Positions 11,901-25,698 of a DNA stretch of 64,000 nt are shown here, piece by piece. The notes under the pieces were generated by a model, which had not been told where the DNA came from, ran no database searches, and saw only the letters and a program-made list of their open reading frames with translations. A program made the translations under genes and the position numbers. The DNA lies in contig OZ059895.1 of assembly GCA_964057225.1 (NCBI GenBank), positions 2,790,001-2,854,000 of the forward strand, read 5' to 3'. Source of the stretch: Auanema rhodensis (Eukaryota > Animalia > Nematoda). The number at the start of each line of letters is the position of its first letter. Position 1 is the stretch's first letter.

Positions 11901-13247
11901 ACATGGATCTTTCCTAGTTCTGTTGCTTGAATGGATGTTTTCCTACGTAGGCTAGTAAAACATGCCCTTCAAAGCATCAGAACATGTGATCACATTCCAA
12001 TTTTTTTGTATCTATCTTGTAAAGATAGTAATATATCATATGTTGAACACTATGTTGGAAAGATTTTAATTCAGATTTTTTCAACTTTTATTCAGTTTCT
12101 TTTTCAAACTTTGATTAAGAACTTTGATTTTCGTACACCCATAAATTATACGCAGCACAGGTTACCCTTAAATAATGAACTGACCGACTAATCAGACATG
12201 GATCTTTCAAAGTTCTGTTGCTTGAACGGATGTTTTCCTACGTAGGCTAGTAAAACATGCCCTTCAAAGCATCAGAACATGTGATCACATTCCAATATTT
12301 TTGTATCTATCTTGTAAAGATAGTAATATATCATATGTTGAACACTATGTTGGAAAGATTTTAAATCAGATTTTCTCAACTTTCACTCAGTTTGTTTTCT
12401 TAACTTTGATTAAGAATCTTGTTGTTCGTACACCCATAAAATATACGCAGCACAGGTTACCCTTAAATAATGAACTGACCGACTAATCAGACATGGATCT
12501 TTCAAAGTTCTGTTGCTTGAACGGATGTTTTCCTACGTAGGCTAGTAAAACATGCCCTTCAAAGCATCAGAACATGTGATCAAATTCCAATTTTTTTGTA
12601 TCTATCTTGTAAAGATAGTAATATATCATATGTTGAACACTATGTTGGAAAAATTTTCATTCAGATTTTTTAATTTTTATTCAGTTTGTTTTTTAAACTT
12701 TGATTAAGAACTTTGATTTTTGTTTACCCATAAATTATACGCAGCACAGGTTACCCTTAAATAATGAACTGACCGACTAATCAGACATGGATCTTTCCTA
12801 GTTCTGTTGCTTGAATGGATGTTTTCCTACGTAGGCTAGTAAAACATGCCCTTCAAAGCATCAGAACATGTGATCACATTCCAATATTTTTGTATCTATC
12901 TTGTAAAGATAGTAATATATCATATGTTGAACACTATGTTGGAAAGATTTTAATTCAGATTTTTTCAACTTTTATTCAGTTTCTTTTTCAAACTTTGATT
13001 AAGAACTTTGATTTTCGTACACCCATAAATTATACGCAGCACAGGTTACCCTTAATTAATGAACTGACCGACTAATCAGACATGGATCTTTCCAAGTTCT
13101 GTTGCTTGAACGGATGTTTTCCTACGTAGGCTAGTAAAACATGCCCTTCAAAGCATCAGAACATGTGATCACATTCCAATATTTTTGTATCTATCTTGTA
13201 AAGATAGTAATATATCATATGTTGAACACTATGTTGGAAAGATTTTA
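8985..13247. repeat. Higher-order repeat, 2064-bp period (7 monomers), 2 copies, with an internal 884-bp trimer relationship
   Basis: Offsets 9277/11341, 9867/11931, 10237/12301 and 10751/12815 are all 2064. Offsets 9867/10751, 11931/12815 and 12301/13185 are 884. Confidence 0.9.
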
Positions 13248-16200
13248 AATCAGATTTTCTCAACTTTCACTCAGTTTGTTTTCTTAACTTTGATTAAGAA
13301 TCTTGTTGTTCGTACACCCATAAAATATACGCAGCACAGGTTACCCTTAAATAATGAACTGACCGACTAATCAGACATGGATCTTTCAAAGTTCTGTTGC
13401 TTGAACGGATGTTTTCCTACGTAGGCTAGTAAAACATGCCCTTCAAAGCATCAGAACATGTGATCAAATTCCAATTTTTTTGTATCTATCTCGTAAAGAT
13501 AGTAATATATCATATGTTGAACACTATGTTGGAAAAATTTTCATTCAGATTTTTTAATTTTTATTCAGTTTGTTTTTTAAACTTTGATTAAGAACTTTGA
13601 TTTTTGTTTACCCATAAATTATACGCAGCACAGGTTACCCTTAAATAATGAACTGACCGACTAATCAGACATGGATCTTTCCAAGTTCTGTTGCTTGAAC
13701 GGATGTTTTCCTACGTAGGCTAGTAAAACATGCCCTTCAAAGCATCAGAACATGTGATCACATTCCAATTTTTTTGTATCTATCTTGTAAAGATAGTAAT
13801 ATATCATATGTTGAACACTATGTTGGAAAGATTTTAATTCAGATTTTTTCAACTTTCACTCAGTTTGTTTTCTAAACTTTGATTAAGAACCTTGTTGTTT
13901 GTACACCCATAAAATATACGCAGCACAGGTTACCCTTAAATAATGAACTGACCGACTAATCAGACATGGATCTTTCCTAGTTCTGTTGCTTGAATGGATG
14001 TTTTCCTACGTAGGCTAGTAAAACATGCCTTTCAAAGCATCAGAACATGTGATCAAATTCCAATTTTTTTGTATCTATCTTGTAAAGATAGTAATATATC
14101 ATATGTTGAACACTATGTTGGAAAGATTTTCGTTCAGATTTTTTAATTTTTATTCAGTTTGTTTTTTAAACTTTGATTAAGAACTTTGATTTTTGTACAC
14201 CCATAAATTATACGCAGCACAGGTTACCCTTAAATAATGAACTGACCGACTAATCAGACATGGATCTTTCCTAGTTCTGTTGCTTGAATGGATGTTTTCC
14301 TACGTAGGCTAGTAAAACATGCCCTTCAAAGCATCAGAACATGTGATCACATTCCAATATTTTTGTATCTATCTTGTAAAGATAGTAATATATCATATGT
14401 TGAACACTATGTTGGAAAGATTTTAATTCAGATTTTTTCAACTTTCACTCAGTTTGTTTTCTAAACTTTGATTGAGAACCTTGTTGTTTGTACACCCATA
14501 AAATATACGCAGCACAGGTTACCCTTAAATAATGAACTGACCGACTAATCAGACATGGATCTTTCCTAGTTCTGTTGCTTGAATGGATGTTTTCCTACGT
14601 AGGCTAGTAAAACATGCCCTTCAAAGCATCAGAACATGTGATCACATTCCAATTTTTTTGTATCTATCTTGTAAAGATAGTAATATATCATATGTTGAAC
14701 ACTATGTTGGAAAGATTTTAATTCAGATCCATAAAATATACGCAGCACAGGTTACCCTTAAATAATGAACTGACCGACTAATCAGACATGGATCTTTCCT
14801 AGTTCTGTTGCTTGAATGGATGTTTTCCTACGTAGGCTAGTAAAACATGCCCTTCAAAGCATCAGAACATGTGATCACATTCCAATATTTTTGTATCTAT
14901 CTTGTAAAGATAGTAATATATCATATGTTGAACACTATGTTGGAAAGATTTTAATTCAGATTTTTTCAACTTTCACTCAGTTTGTTTTCTAAACTTTGAT
15001 TGAGAACCTTGTTGTTTGTACACCCATAAAATATACGCAGCACAGGTTACCCTTAAATAATGAACTGACCGACTAATCAGACATGGATCTTTCCTAGTTC
15101 TGTTGCTTGAATGGATGTTTTCCTACGTAGGCTAGTAAAACATGCCCTTCAAAGCATCAGAACATGTGATCACATTCCAATTTTTTTGTATCTATCTTGT
15201 AAAGATAGTAATATATCATATGTTGAACACTATGTTGGAAAGATTTTAATTCAGATTTTCGAACTTTTATTCAGTTTGTTTTTTAAACTTTGATTAAGAA
15301 CTTTGATTTTTGTACACCCATAAATTATACGCAGCACAGGTTACCCTTAATTAATGAACTGACCGACTAATCAGACATGGATCTTTCCAAGTTCTGTTGC
15401 TTGAACGGATGTTTTCCTACGAAGGCTAGTAAAACATGCCCTTCAAAGCATCAGAACATGTGATCACATTCCAATTTTTTTGTATCTATCTTGTAAAGAT
15501 AGTAATATATCATATGTTGAACACTATGTTGGAAAAATTTTCATTCAGATTTTTTAATTTTTATTCAGTTTGTTTTTTAAACTTTGATTAAGAACTTTGA
15601 TTTTTGTTTACCCATAAATTATACGCAGCACAGGTTACCCTTAATTAATGAACTGACCGACTAATCAGACATGGATCTTTCCAAGTTCTGTTGCTTGAAC
15701 GGATGTTTTCCTACGTAGGCTAGTAAAACATGCCCTTCAAAGCATCAGAACATGTGATCACATTCCAATTTTTTTGTATCTATCTTGTAAAGATAGTAAT
15801 ATATCATATGTTGAACACTATGTTGGAAAAATTTTCATTCAGATTTTCTAATTTTTATTCAGTTTGTTTTTTAAACTTTGATTAAGAACTTTGATTTTTG
15901 TTTACCCATAAATTATACGCAGCACAGGTTACCCTTAAATAATGAACTGACCGACTAATCAGACATGGATCTTTCCAAGTTCTGTTGCTTGAACGGATGT
16001 TTTCCTACGTAGGCTAGTAAAACATGCCCTTCAAAGCATCAGAACATGTGATCACATTCCAATTTTTTTGTATCTATCTTGTAAAGATAGTAATATATCA
16101 TATGTTGAACACTATGTTGGAAAGATTTTAATTCAGATTTTTTCAACTTTCACTCAGTTTGTTTTCTAAACTTTGATTAAGAACCTTGTTGTTTGTACAC

Positions 16201-18599
16201 CCATAAAATATACGCAGCACAGGTTACCCTTAAATAATGAACTGACCGACTAATCAGACATGGATCTTTCCTAGTTCTGTTGCTTGAATGGATGTTTTCC
16301 TACGTAGGCTAGTAAAACATGCCTTTCAAAGCATCAGAACATGTGATCAAATTCCAATTTTTTTGTATCTATCTTGTAAAGATAGTAATATATCATATGT
16401 TGAACACTATGTTGGAAAGATTTTCGTTCAGATTTTTTAATTTTTATTCAGTTTGTTTTTTAAACTTTGATTAAGAACTTTGATTTTTGTACACCCATAA
16501 ATTATACGCAGCACAGGTTACCCTTAAATAATGAACTGACCGACTAATCAGACATGGATCTTTCCAAGTTCTGTTGCTTGAACGGATGTTTTCCTACGTA
16601 GGCTAGTAAAACATGCCCTTCAAAGAATCAGAACATGTGATCACATTCCAATTTTTTTGTATCTATCTTGTAAAGATAGTAATATATCATATGTTGAACA
16701 CTATGTTGGAAAGATTTTAATTCAGATCCATAAAATATACGCAGCACAGGTTACCCTTAAATAATGAACTGACCGACTAATCAGACATGGATCTTTCCTA
16801 GTTCTGTTGCTTGAATGGATGTTTTCCTACGTAGGCTAGTAAAACATGCCCTTCAAAGCATCAGAACATGTGATCACATTCCAATATTTTTGTATCTATC
16901 TTGTAAAGATAGTAATATATCATATGTTGAACACTATGTTGGAAAGATTTTAATTCAGATTTTTTCAACTTTCACTCAGTTTGTTTTCTAAACTTTGATT
17001 GAGAACCTTGTTGTTTGTACACCCATAAAATATACGCAGCACAGGTTACCCTTAAATAATGAACTGACCGACTAATCAGACATGGATCTTTCCTAGTTCT
17101 GTTGCTTGAATGGATGTTTTCCTACGTAGGCTAGTAAAACATGCCCTTCAAAGCATCAGAACATGTGATCACATTCCAATATTTTTGTATCTATCTTGTA
17201 AAGATAGTAATATATCATATGTTGAACACTATGTTGGAAAGGTTTTAAATCAGATTTTCTCAACTTTCACTCAGTTTGTTTTCTTAACTTTGATTAAGAA
17301 TCTTGTTGTTCGTACACCCATAAAATATACGTAGCACAGGTTACCCTTAAATAATGAACTGACCGACTAATCAGACATGGATCTTTCAAAGTTCTGTTGC
17401 TTGAACGGATGTTTTCCTACGTAGGCTAGTAAAACATGCCCTTCAAAGCATCAGAACATGTGATCAAATTCCAATTTTTTTGTATCTATCTTGTAAAGAT
17501 AGTAATATATCATATGTTGAACACTATGTTGGAAAAATTTTCATTCAGATTTTTTAATTTTTATTCAGTTTGTTTTTTAAACTTTGATTAAGAACTTTGA
17601 TTTTTGTTTACCCATAAATTATACGCAGCACAGGTTACCCTTAAATAATGAACTGACCGACTAATCAGACATGGATCTTTCCAAGTTCTGTTGCTTGAAC
17701 GGATGTTTTCCTACGTAGGCTAGTAAAACATGCCCTTCAAAGCATCAGAACATGTGATCACATTCCAATTTTTTTGTATCTATCTTGTAAAGATAGTAAT
17801 ATATCATATGTTGAACACTATGTTGGAAAGATTTTAATTCAGATTTTTTCAACTTTCACTCAGTTTGTTTTCTAAACTTTGATTAAGAACCTTGTTGTTT
17901 GTACACCCATAAAATATACGCAGCACAGGTTACCCTTAAATAATGAACTGACCGACTAATCAGACATGGATCTTTCCTAGTTCTGTTGCTTGAATGGATG
18001 TTTTCCTACGTAGGCTAGTAAAACATGCCTTTCAAAGCATCAGAACATGTGATCAAATTCCAATTTTTTTGTATCTATCTTGTAAAGATAGTAATATATC
18101 ATATGTTGAACACTATGTTGGAAAGATTTTCGTTCAGATTTTTTAATTTTTATTCAGTTTGTTTTTTAAACTTTGATTAAGAACTTTGATTTTTGTACAC
18201 CCATAAATTATACGCAGCACAGGTTACCCTTAAATAATGAACTGACCGACTAATCAGACATGGATCTTTCCAAGTTCTGTTGCTTGAACGGATGTTTTCC
18301 TACGTAGGCTAGTAAAACATGCCCTTCAAAGCATCAGAACATGTGATCACATTCCAATTTTTTTGTATCTATCTTGTAAAGATAGTAATATATCATATGT
18401 TGAACACTATGTTGGAAAGATTTTAATTCAGATCCATAAAATATACGCAGCACAGGTTACCCTTAAATAATGAACTGACCGACTAATCAGACATGGATCT
18501 TTCCTAGTTCTGTTGCTTGAATGGATGTTTTCCTACGTAGGCTAGTAAAACATGCCCTTCAAAGCATCAGAACATGTGATCACATTCCAATATTTTTGT

Positions 18600-21500
18600 A
18601 TCTATCTTGTAAAGATAGTAATATATCATATGTTGAACACTATGTTGGAAAGATTTTAATTCAGATTTTTTCAACTTTCACTCAGTTTGTTTTCTAAACT
18701 TTGATTGAGAACCTTGTTGTTTGTACACCCATAAAATATACGCAGCACAGGTTACCCTTAAATAATGAACTGACCGACTAATCAGACATGGATCTTTCCT
18801 AGTTCTGTTGCTTGAATGGATGTTTTCCTACGTAGGCTAGTAAAACATGCCCTTCAAAGCATCAGAACATGTGATCACATTCCAATTTTTTTGTATCTAT
18901 CTTGTAAAGATAGTAATATATCATATGTTGAACACTATGTTGGAAAGATTTTAATTCAGATCCATAAAATATACGCAGCACAGGTTACCCTTAAATAATG
19001 AACTGACCGACTAATCAGACATGGATCTTTCCTAGTTCTGTTGCTTGAATGGATGTTTTCCTACGTAGGCTAGTAAAACATGCCCTTCAAAGCATCAGAA
19101 CATGTGATCACATTCCAATATTTTTGTATCTATCTTGTAAAGATAGTAATATATCATATGTTGAACACTATGTTGGAAAGATTTTAATTCAGATTTTTTC
19201 AACTTTCACTCAGTTTGTTTTCTAAACTTTGATTGAGAACCTTGTTGTTTGTACACCCATAAAATATACGCAGCACAGGTTACCCTTAAATAATGAACTG
19301 ACCGACTAATCAGACATGGATCTTTCCTAGTTCTGTTGCTTGAATGGATGTTTTCCTACGTAGGCTAGTAAAACATGCCCTTCAAAGCATCAGAACATGT
19401 GATCACATTTCAATTTTTTTGTATCTATCTTGTAAAGATAGTAATATATCATATGTTGAACACTATGTTGGAAAGATTTTAATTCAGATTTTCGAACTTT
19501 TATTCAGTTTGTTTTTTAAACTTTGATTAAGAACTTTGATTTTTGTACACCCATAAATTATACGCAGCACAGGTTACCCTTAATTAATGAACTGACCGAC
19601 TAATCAGACATGGATCTTTCCAAGTTCTGTTGCTTGAACGGATGTTTTCCTACGAAGGCTAGTAAAACATGCCCTTCAAAGCATCAGAACATGTGATCAC
19701 ATTCCAATTTTTTTGTATCTATCTTGTAAAGATAGTAATATATCATATGTTGAACACTATGTTGGAAAAATTTTCATTCAGATTTTTTAATTTTTATTCA
19801 GTTTGTTTTTTAAACTTTGATTAAGAACTTTGATTTTTGTTTACCCATAAATTATACGCAGCACAGGTTACCCTTAAATAATGAACTGACCGACTAATCA
19901 GACATGGATCTTTCCTAGTTCTGTTGCTTGAATGGATGTTTTCCTACGTAGGCTAGTAAAACATGCCCTTCAAAGCATCAGAACATGTGATCACATTCCA
20001 ACATTTTTGTATCTATCTTGTAAAGATAGTAATATATCATATGTTGAACACTATGTTGGAAAGATTTTAATTCAGATTTTTTCAACTTTTATTCAGTTTC
20101 TTTTTCAAACTTTGATTAAGAACTTTGATTTTCGTACACCCATAAATTATACGCAGCACAGGTTACCCTTAATTAATGAACTGACCGACTAATCAGACAT
20201 GGATCTTTCCAAGTTCTGTTGCTTGAACGGATGTTTTCCTACGTAGGCTAGTAAAACATGCCCTTCAAAGCATCAGAACATGTGATCACATTCCAATATT
20301 TTTGTATCTATCTTGTAAAGATAGTAATATATCATATGTTGAACACTATGTTGGAAAGATTTTAAATCAGATTTTCTCAACTTTCACTCAGTTTGTTTTC
20401 TTAACTTTGATTAAGAATCTTGTTGTTCGTACACCCATAAAATATACGTAGCACAGGTTACCCTTAAATAATGAACTGACCGACTAATCAGACATGGATC
20501 TTTCAAAGTTCTGTTGCTTGAACGGATGTTTTCCTACGTAGGCTAGTAAAACATGCCCTTCAAAGCATCAGAACATGTGATCAAATTCCAATTTTTTTGT
20601 ATCTATCTTGTAAAGATAGTAATATATCATATGTTGAACACTATGTTGGAAAAATTTTCATTCAGATTTTTTAATTTTTATTCAGTTTGTTTTTTAAACT
20701 TTGATTAAGAACTTTGATTTTTGTTTACCCATAAATTATACGCAGCACAGGTTACCCTTAAATAATGAACTGACCGACTAATCAGACATGGATCTTTCCA
20801 AGTTCTGTTGCTTGAACGGATGTTTTCCTACGTAGGCTAGTAAAACATGCCCTTCAAAGCATCAGAACATGTGATCACATTCCAATTTTTTTGTATCTAT
20901 CTTGTAAAGATAGTAATATATCATATGTTGAACACTATGTTGGAAAGATTTTAATTCAGATTTTTTCAACTTTCACTCAGTTTGTTTTCTAAACTTTGAT
21001 TAAGAACCTTGTTGTTTGTACACCCATAAAATATACGCAGCACAGGTTACCCTTAAATAATGAACTGACCGACTAATCAGACATGGATCTTTCCTAGTTC
21101 TGTTGCTTGAATGGATGTTTTCCTACGTAGGCTAGTAAAACATGCCTTTCAAAGCATCAGAACATGTGATCAAATTCCAATTTTTTTGTATCTATCTTGT
21201 AAAGATAGTAATATATCATATGTTGAACACTATGTTGGAAAGATTTTAATTCAGATTTTTTCAACTTTCACTCAGTTTGTTTTCTAAACTTTGATTGAGA
21301 ACCTTGTTGTTTGTACACCCATAAAATATACGCAGCACAGGTTACCCTTAAATAATGAACTGACCGACTAATCAGACATGGATCTTTCCTAGTTCTGTTG
21401 CTTGAATGGATGTTTTCCTACGTAGGCTAGTAAAACATGCCCTTCAAAGCATCAGAACATGTGATCACATTCCAATTTTTTTGTATCTATCTTGTAAAGA

Positions 21501-22590
21501 TAGTAATATATCATATGTTGAACACTATGTTGGAAAGATTTTAATTCAGATCCATAAAATATACGCAGCACAGGTTACCCTTAAATAATGAACTGACCGA
21601 CTAATCAGACATGGATCTTTCCTAGTTCTGTTGCTTGAATGGATGTTTTCCTACGTAGGCTAGTAAAACATGCCCTTCAAAGCATCAGAACATGTGATCA
21701 CATTCCAATATTTTTGTATCTATCTTGTAAAGATAGTAATATATCATATGTTGAACACTATGTTGGAAAGATTTTAATTCAGATTTTTTCAACTTTCACT
21801 CAGTTTGTTTTCTAAACTTTGATTGAGAACCTTGTTGTTTGTACACCCATAAAATATACGCAGCACAGGTTACCCTTAAATAATGAACTGACCGACTAAT
21901 CAGACATGGATCTTTCCTAGTTCTGTTGCTTGAATGGATGTTTTCCTACGTAGGCTAGTAAAACATGCCCTTCAAAGCATCAGAACATGTGATCACATTC
22001 CAATTTTTTTGTATCTATCTTGTAAAGATAGTAATATATCATATGTTGAACACTATGTTGGAAAGATTTTAATTCAGATTTTCGAACTTTTATTCAGTTT
22101 GTTTTTTAAACTTTGATTAAGAACTTTGATTTTTGTACACCCATAAATTATACGCAGCACAGGTTACCCTTAATTAATGAACTGACCGACTAATCAGACA
22201 TGGATCTTTCCAAGTTCTGTTGCTTGAACGGATGTTTTCCTACGAAGGCTAGTAAAACATACCCTTCAAAGCATCAGAACATGTGATCACATTCCAATTT
22301 TTTTGTATCTATCTTGTAAAGATAGTAATATATCATATGTTGAACACTATGTTGGAAAAATTTTCATTCAGATTTTTTAATTTTTATTCAGTTTGTTTTT
22401 TAAACTTTGATTAAGAACTTTGATTTTTGTTTACCCATAAATTATACGCAGCACAGGTTACCCTTAAATAATGAACTGACCGACTAATCAGACATGGATC
22501 TTTCCTAGTTCTGTTGCTTGAATGGATGTTTTCCTACGTAGGCTAGTAAAACATGCCCTTCAAAGCATCAGAACATGTGATCACATTCCA
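18600..22590. repeat. Higher-order repeat, 2590-bp period (9 monomers), ~1.5 copies
   Basis: Offsets 18816/21406 and 19344/21934 are 2590. Boundaries are approximate. Confidence 0.75.
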
Positions 22591-23697
22591 ATTTTTTTGT
22601 ATCTATCTTGTAAAGATAGTAATATATCATATGTTGAACACTATGTTGGAAAGATTTTAATTCAGATTTTCGAACTTTTATTCAGTTTGTTTTTTAAACT
22701 TTGATTAAGAACTTTGATTTTTGTACACCCATAAATTATACGCAGCACAGGTTACCCTTAATTAATGAACTGACCGACTAATCAGACATGGATCTTTCCA
22801 AGTTCTGTTGCTTGAACGGATGTTTTCCTACGAAGGCTAGTAAAACATACCCTTCAAAGCATCAGAACATGTGATCACATTCCAATTTTTTTGTATCTAT
22901 CTTGTAAAGATAGTAATATATCATATGTTGAACACTATGTTGGAAAAATTTTCATTCAGATTTTTTAATTTTTATTCAGTTTGTTTTTTAAACTTTGATT
23001 AAGAACTTTGATTTTTGTTTACCCATAAATTATACGCAGCACAGGTTACCCTTAAATAATGAACTGACCGACTAATCAGACATGGATCTTTCCTAGTTCT
23101 GTTGCTTGAATGGATGTTTTCCTACGTAGGCTAGTAAAACATGCCCTTCAAAGCATCAGAACATGTGATCACATTCCAATTTTTTTGTATCTATCTTGTA
23201 AAGATAGTAATATATCATATGTTGAACACTATGTTGGAAAGATTTTAATTCAGATTTTCGAACTTTTATTCAGTTTGTTTTTTAAACTTTGATTAAGAAC
23301 TTTGATTTTTGTACACCCATAAATTATACGCAGCACAGGTTACCCTTAATTAATGAACTGACCGACTAATCAGACATGGATCTTTCCAAGTTCTGTTGCT
23401 TGAACGGATGTTTTCCTACGAAGGCTAGTAAAACATACCCTTCAAAGCATCAGAACATGTGATCACATTCCAATTTTTTTGTATCTATCTTGTAAAGATA
23501 GTAATATATCATATGTTGAACACTATGTTGGAAAAATTTTCATTCAGATTTTTTAATTTTTATTCAGTTTGTTTTTTAAACTTTGATTAAGAACTTTGAT
23601 TTTTGTTTACCCATAAATTATACGCAGCACAGGTTACCCTTAAATAATGAACTGACCGACTAATCAGACATGGATCTTTCCTAGTTCTGTTGCTTGA
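21934..23697. repeat. 588-bp dimer repeated three times
   Basis: Unit starts at 21934, 22522 and 23110 (next unit at 23698). Every second monomer has the private variant AAAACATACCC (~22261, ~22849, ~23437). Confidence 0.93.
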
Positions 23698-25698
23698 ATG
23701 GATGTTTTCCTACGTAGGCTAGTAAAACATGCCCTTCAAAGCATCAGAACATGTGATCACATTCCAATATTTTTGTATCTATCTTGTAAAGATAGTAATA
23801 TATCATATGTTGAACACTATGTTGGAAAGATTTTAATTCAGATTTTTTCAACTTTTATTCAGTTTCTTTTTCAAACTTTGATTAAGAACTTTGATTTTCG
23901 TACACCCATAAATTATACGCAGCACAGGTTACCCTTAATTAATGAACTGACCGACTAATCAGACATGGATCTTTCCAAGTTCTGTTGCTTGAACGGATGT
24001 TTTCCTACGTAGGCTAGTAAAACATGCCCTTCAAAGCATCAGAACATGTGATCACATTCCAATATTTTTGTATCTATCTTGTAAAGATAGTAATATATCA
24101 TATGTTGAACACTATGTTGGAAAGATTTTAAATCAGATTTTCTCAACTTTCACTCAGTTTGTTTTCTTAACTTTGATTAAGAATCTTGTTGTTCGTACAC
24201 CCATAAAATATACGTAGCACAGGTTACCCTTAAATAATGAACTGACCGACTAATCAGACATGGATCTTTCAAAGTTCTGTTGCTTGAACGGATGTTTTCC
24301 TACGTAGGCTAGTAAAACATGCCCTTCAAAGCATCAGAACATGTGATCAAATTCCAATTTTTTTGTATCTATCTTGTAAAGATAGTAATATATCATATGT
24401 TGAACACTATGTTGGAAAAATTTTCATTCAGATTTTTTAATTTTTATTCAGTTTGTTTTTTAAACTTTGATTAAGAACTTTGATTTTTGTTTACCCATAA
24501 ATTATACGCAGCACAGGTTACCCTTAAATAATGAACTGACCGACTAATCAGACATGGATCTTTCCAAGTTCTGTTGCTTGAACGGATGTTTTCCTACGTA
24601 GGCTAGTAAAACATGCCCTTCAAAGCATCAGAACATGTGATCACATTCCAATTTTTTTGTATCTATCTTGTAAAGATAGTAATATATCATATGTTGAACA
24701 CTATGTTGGAAAGATTTTAATTCAGATTTTTTCAACTTTCACTCAGTTTGTTTTCTAAACTTTGATTAAGAACCTTGTTGTTTGTACACCCATAAAATAT
24801 ACGCAGCACAGGTTACCCTTAAATAATGAACTGACCGACTAATCAGACATGGATCTTTCCTAGTTCTGTTGCTTGAATGGATGTTTTCCTACGTAGGCTA
24901 GTAAAACATGCCTTTCAAAGCATCAGAACATGTGATCAAATTCCAATTTTTTTGTATCTATCTTGTAAAGATAGTAATATATCATATGTTGAACACTATG
25001 TTGGAAAGATTTTCGTTCAGATTTTTTAATTTTTATTCAGTTTGTTTTTTAAACTTTGATTAAGAACTTTGATTTTTGTACACCCATAAATTATACGCAG
25101 CACAGGTTACCCTTAAATAATGAACTGACCGACTAATCAGACATGGATCTTTCCAAGTTCTGTTGCTTGAACGGATGTTTTCCTACGTAGGCTAGTAAAA
25201 CATGCCCTTCAAAGCATCAGAACATGTGATCACATTCCAATTTTTTTGTATCTATCTTGTAAAGATAGTAATATATCATATGTTGAACACTATGTTGGAA
25301 AGATTTTAATTCAGATCCATAAAATATACGCAGCACAGGTTACCCTTAAATAATGAACTGACCGACTAATCAGACATGGATCTTTCCTAGTTCTGTTGCT
25401 TGAATGGATGTTTTCCTACGTAGGCTAGTAAAACATGCCCTTCAAAGCATCAGAACATGTGATCACATTCCAATATTTTTGTATCTATCTTGTAAAGATA
25501 GTAATATATCATATGTTGAACACTATGTTGGAAAGATTTTAATTCAGATTTTTTCAACTTTCACTCAGTTTGTTTTCTAAACTTTGATTGAGAACCTTGT
25601 TGTTTGTACACCCATAAAATATACGCAGCACAGGTTACCCTTGAATAATGAACTGACCGACTAATCAGACATGGATCTTTCCTAGTTCTGTTGCTTGA

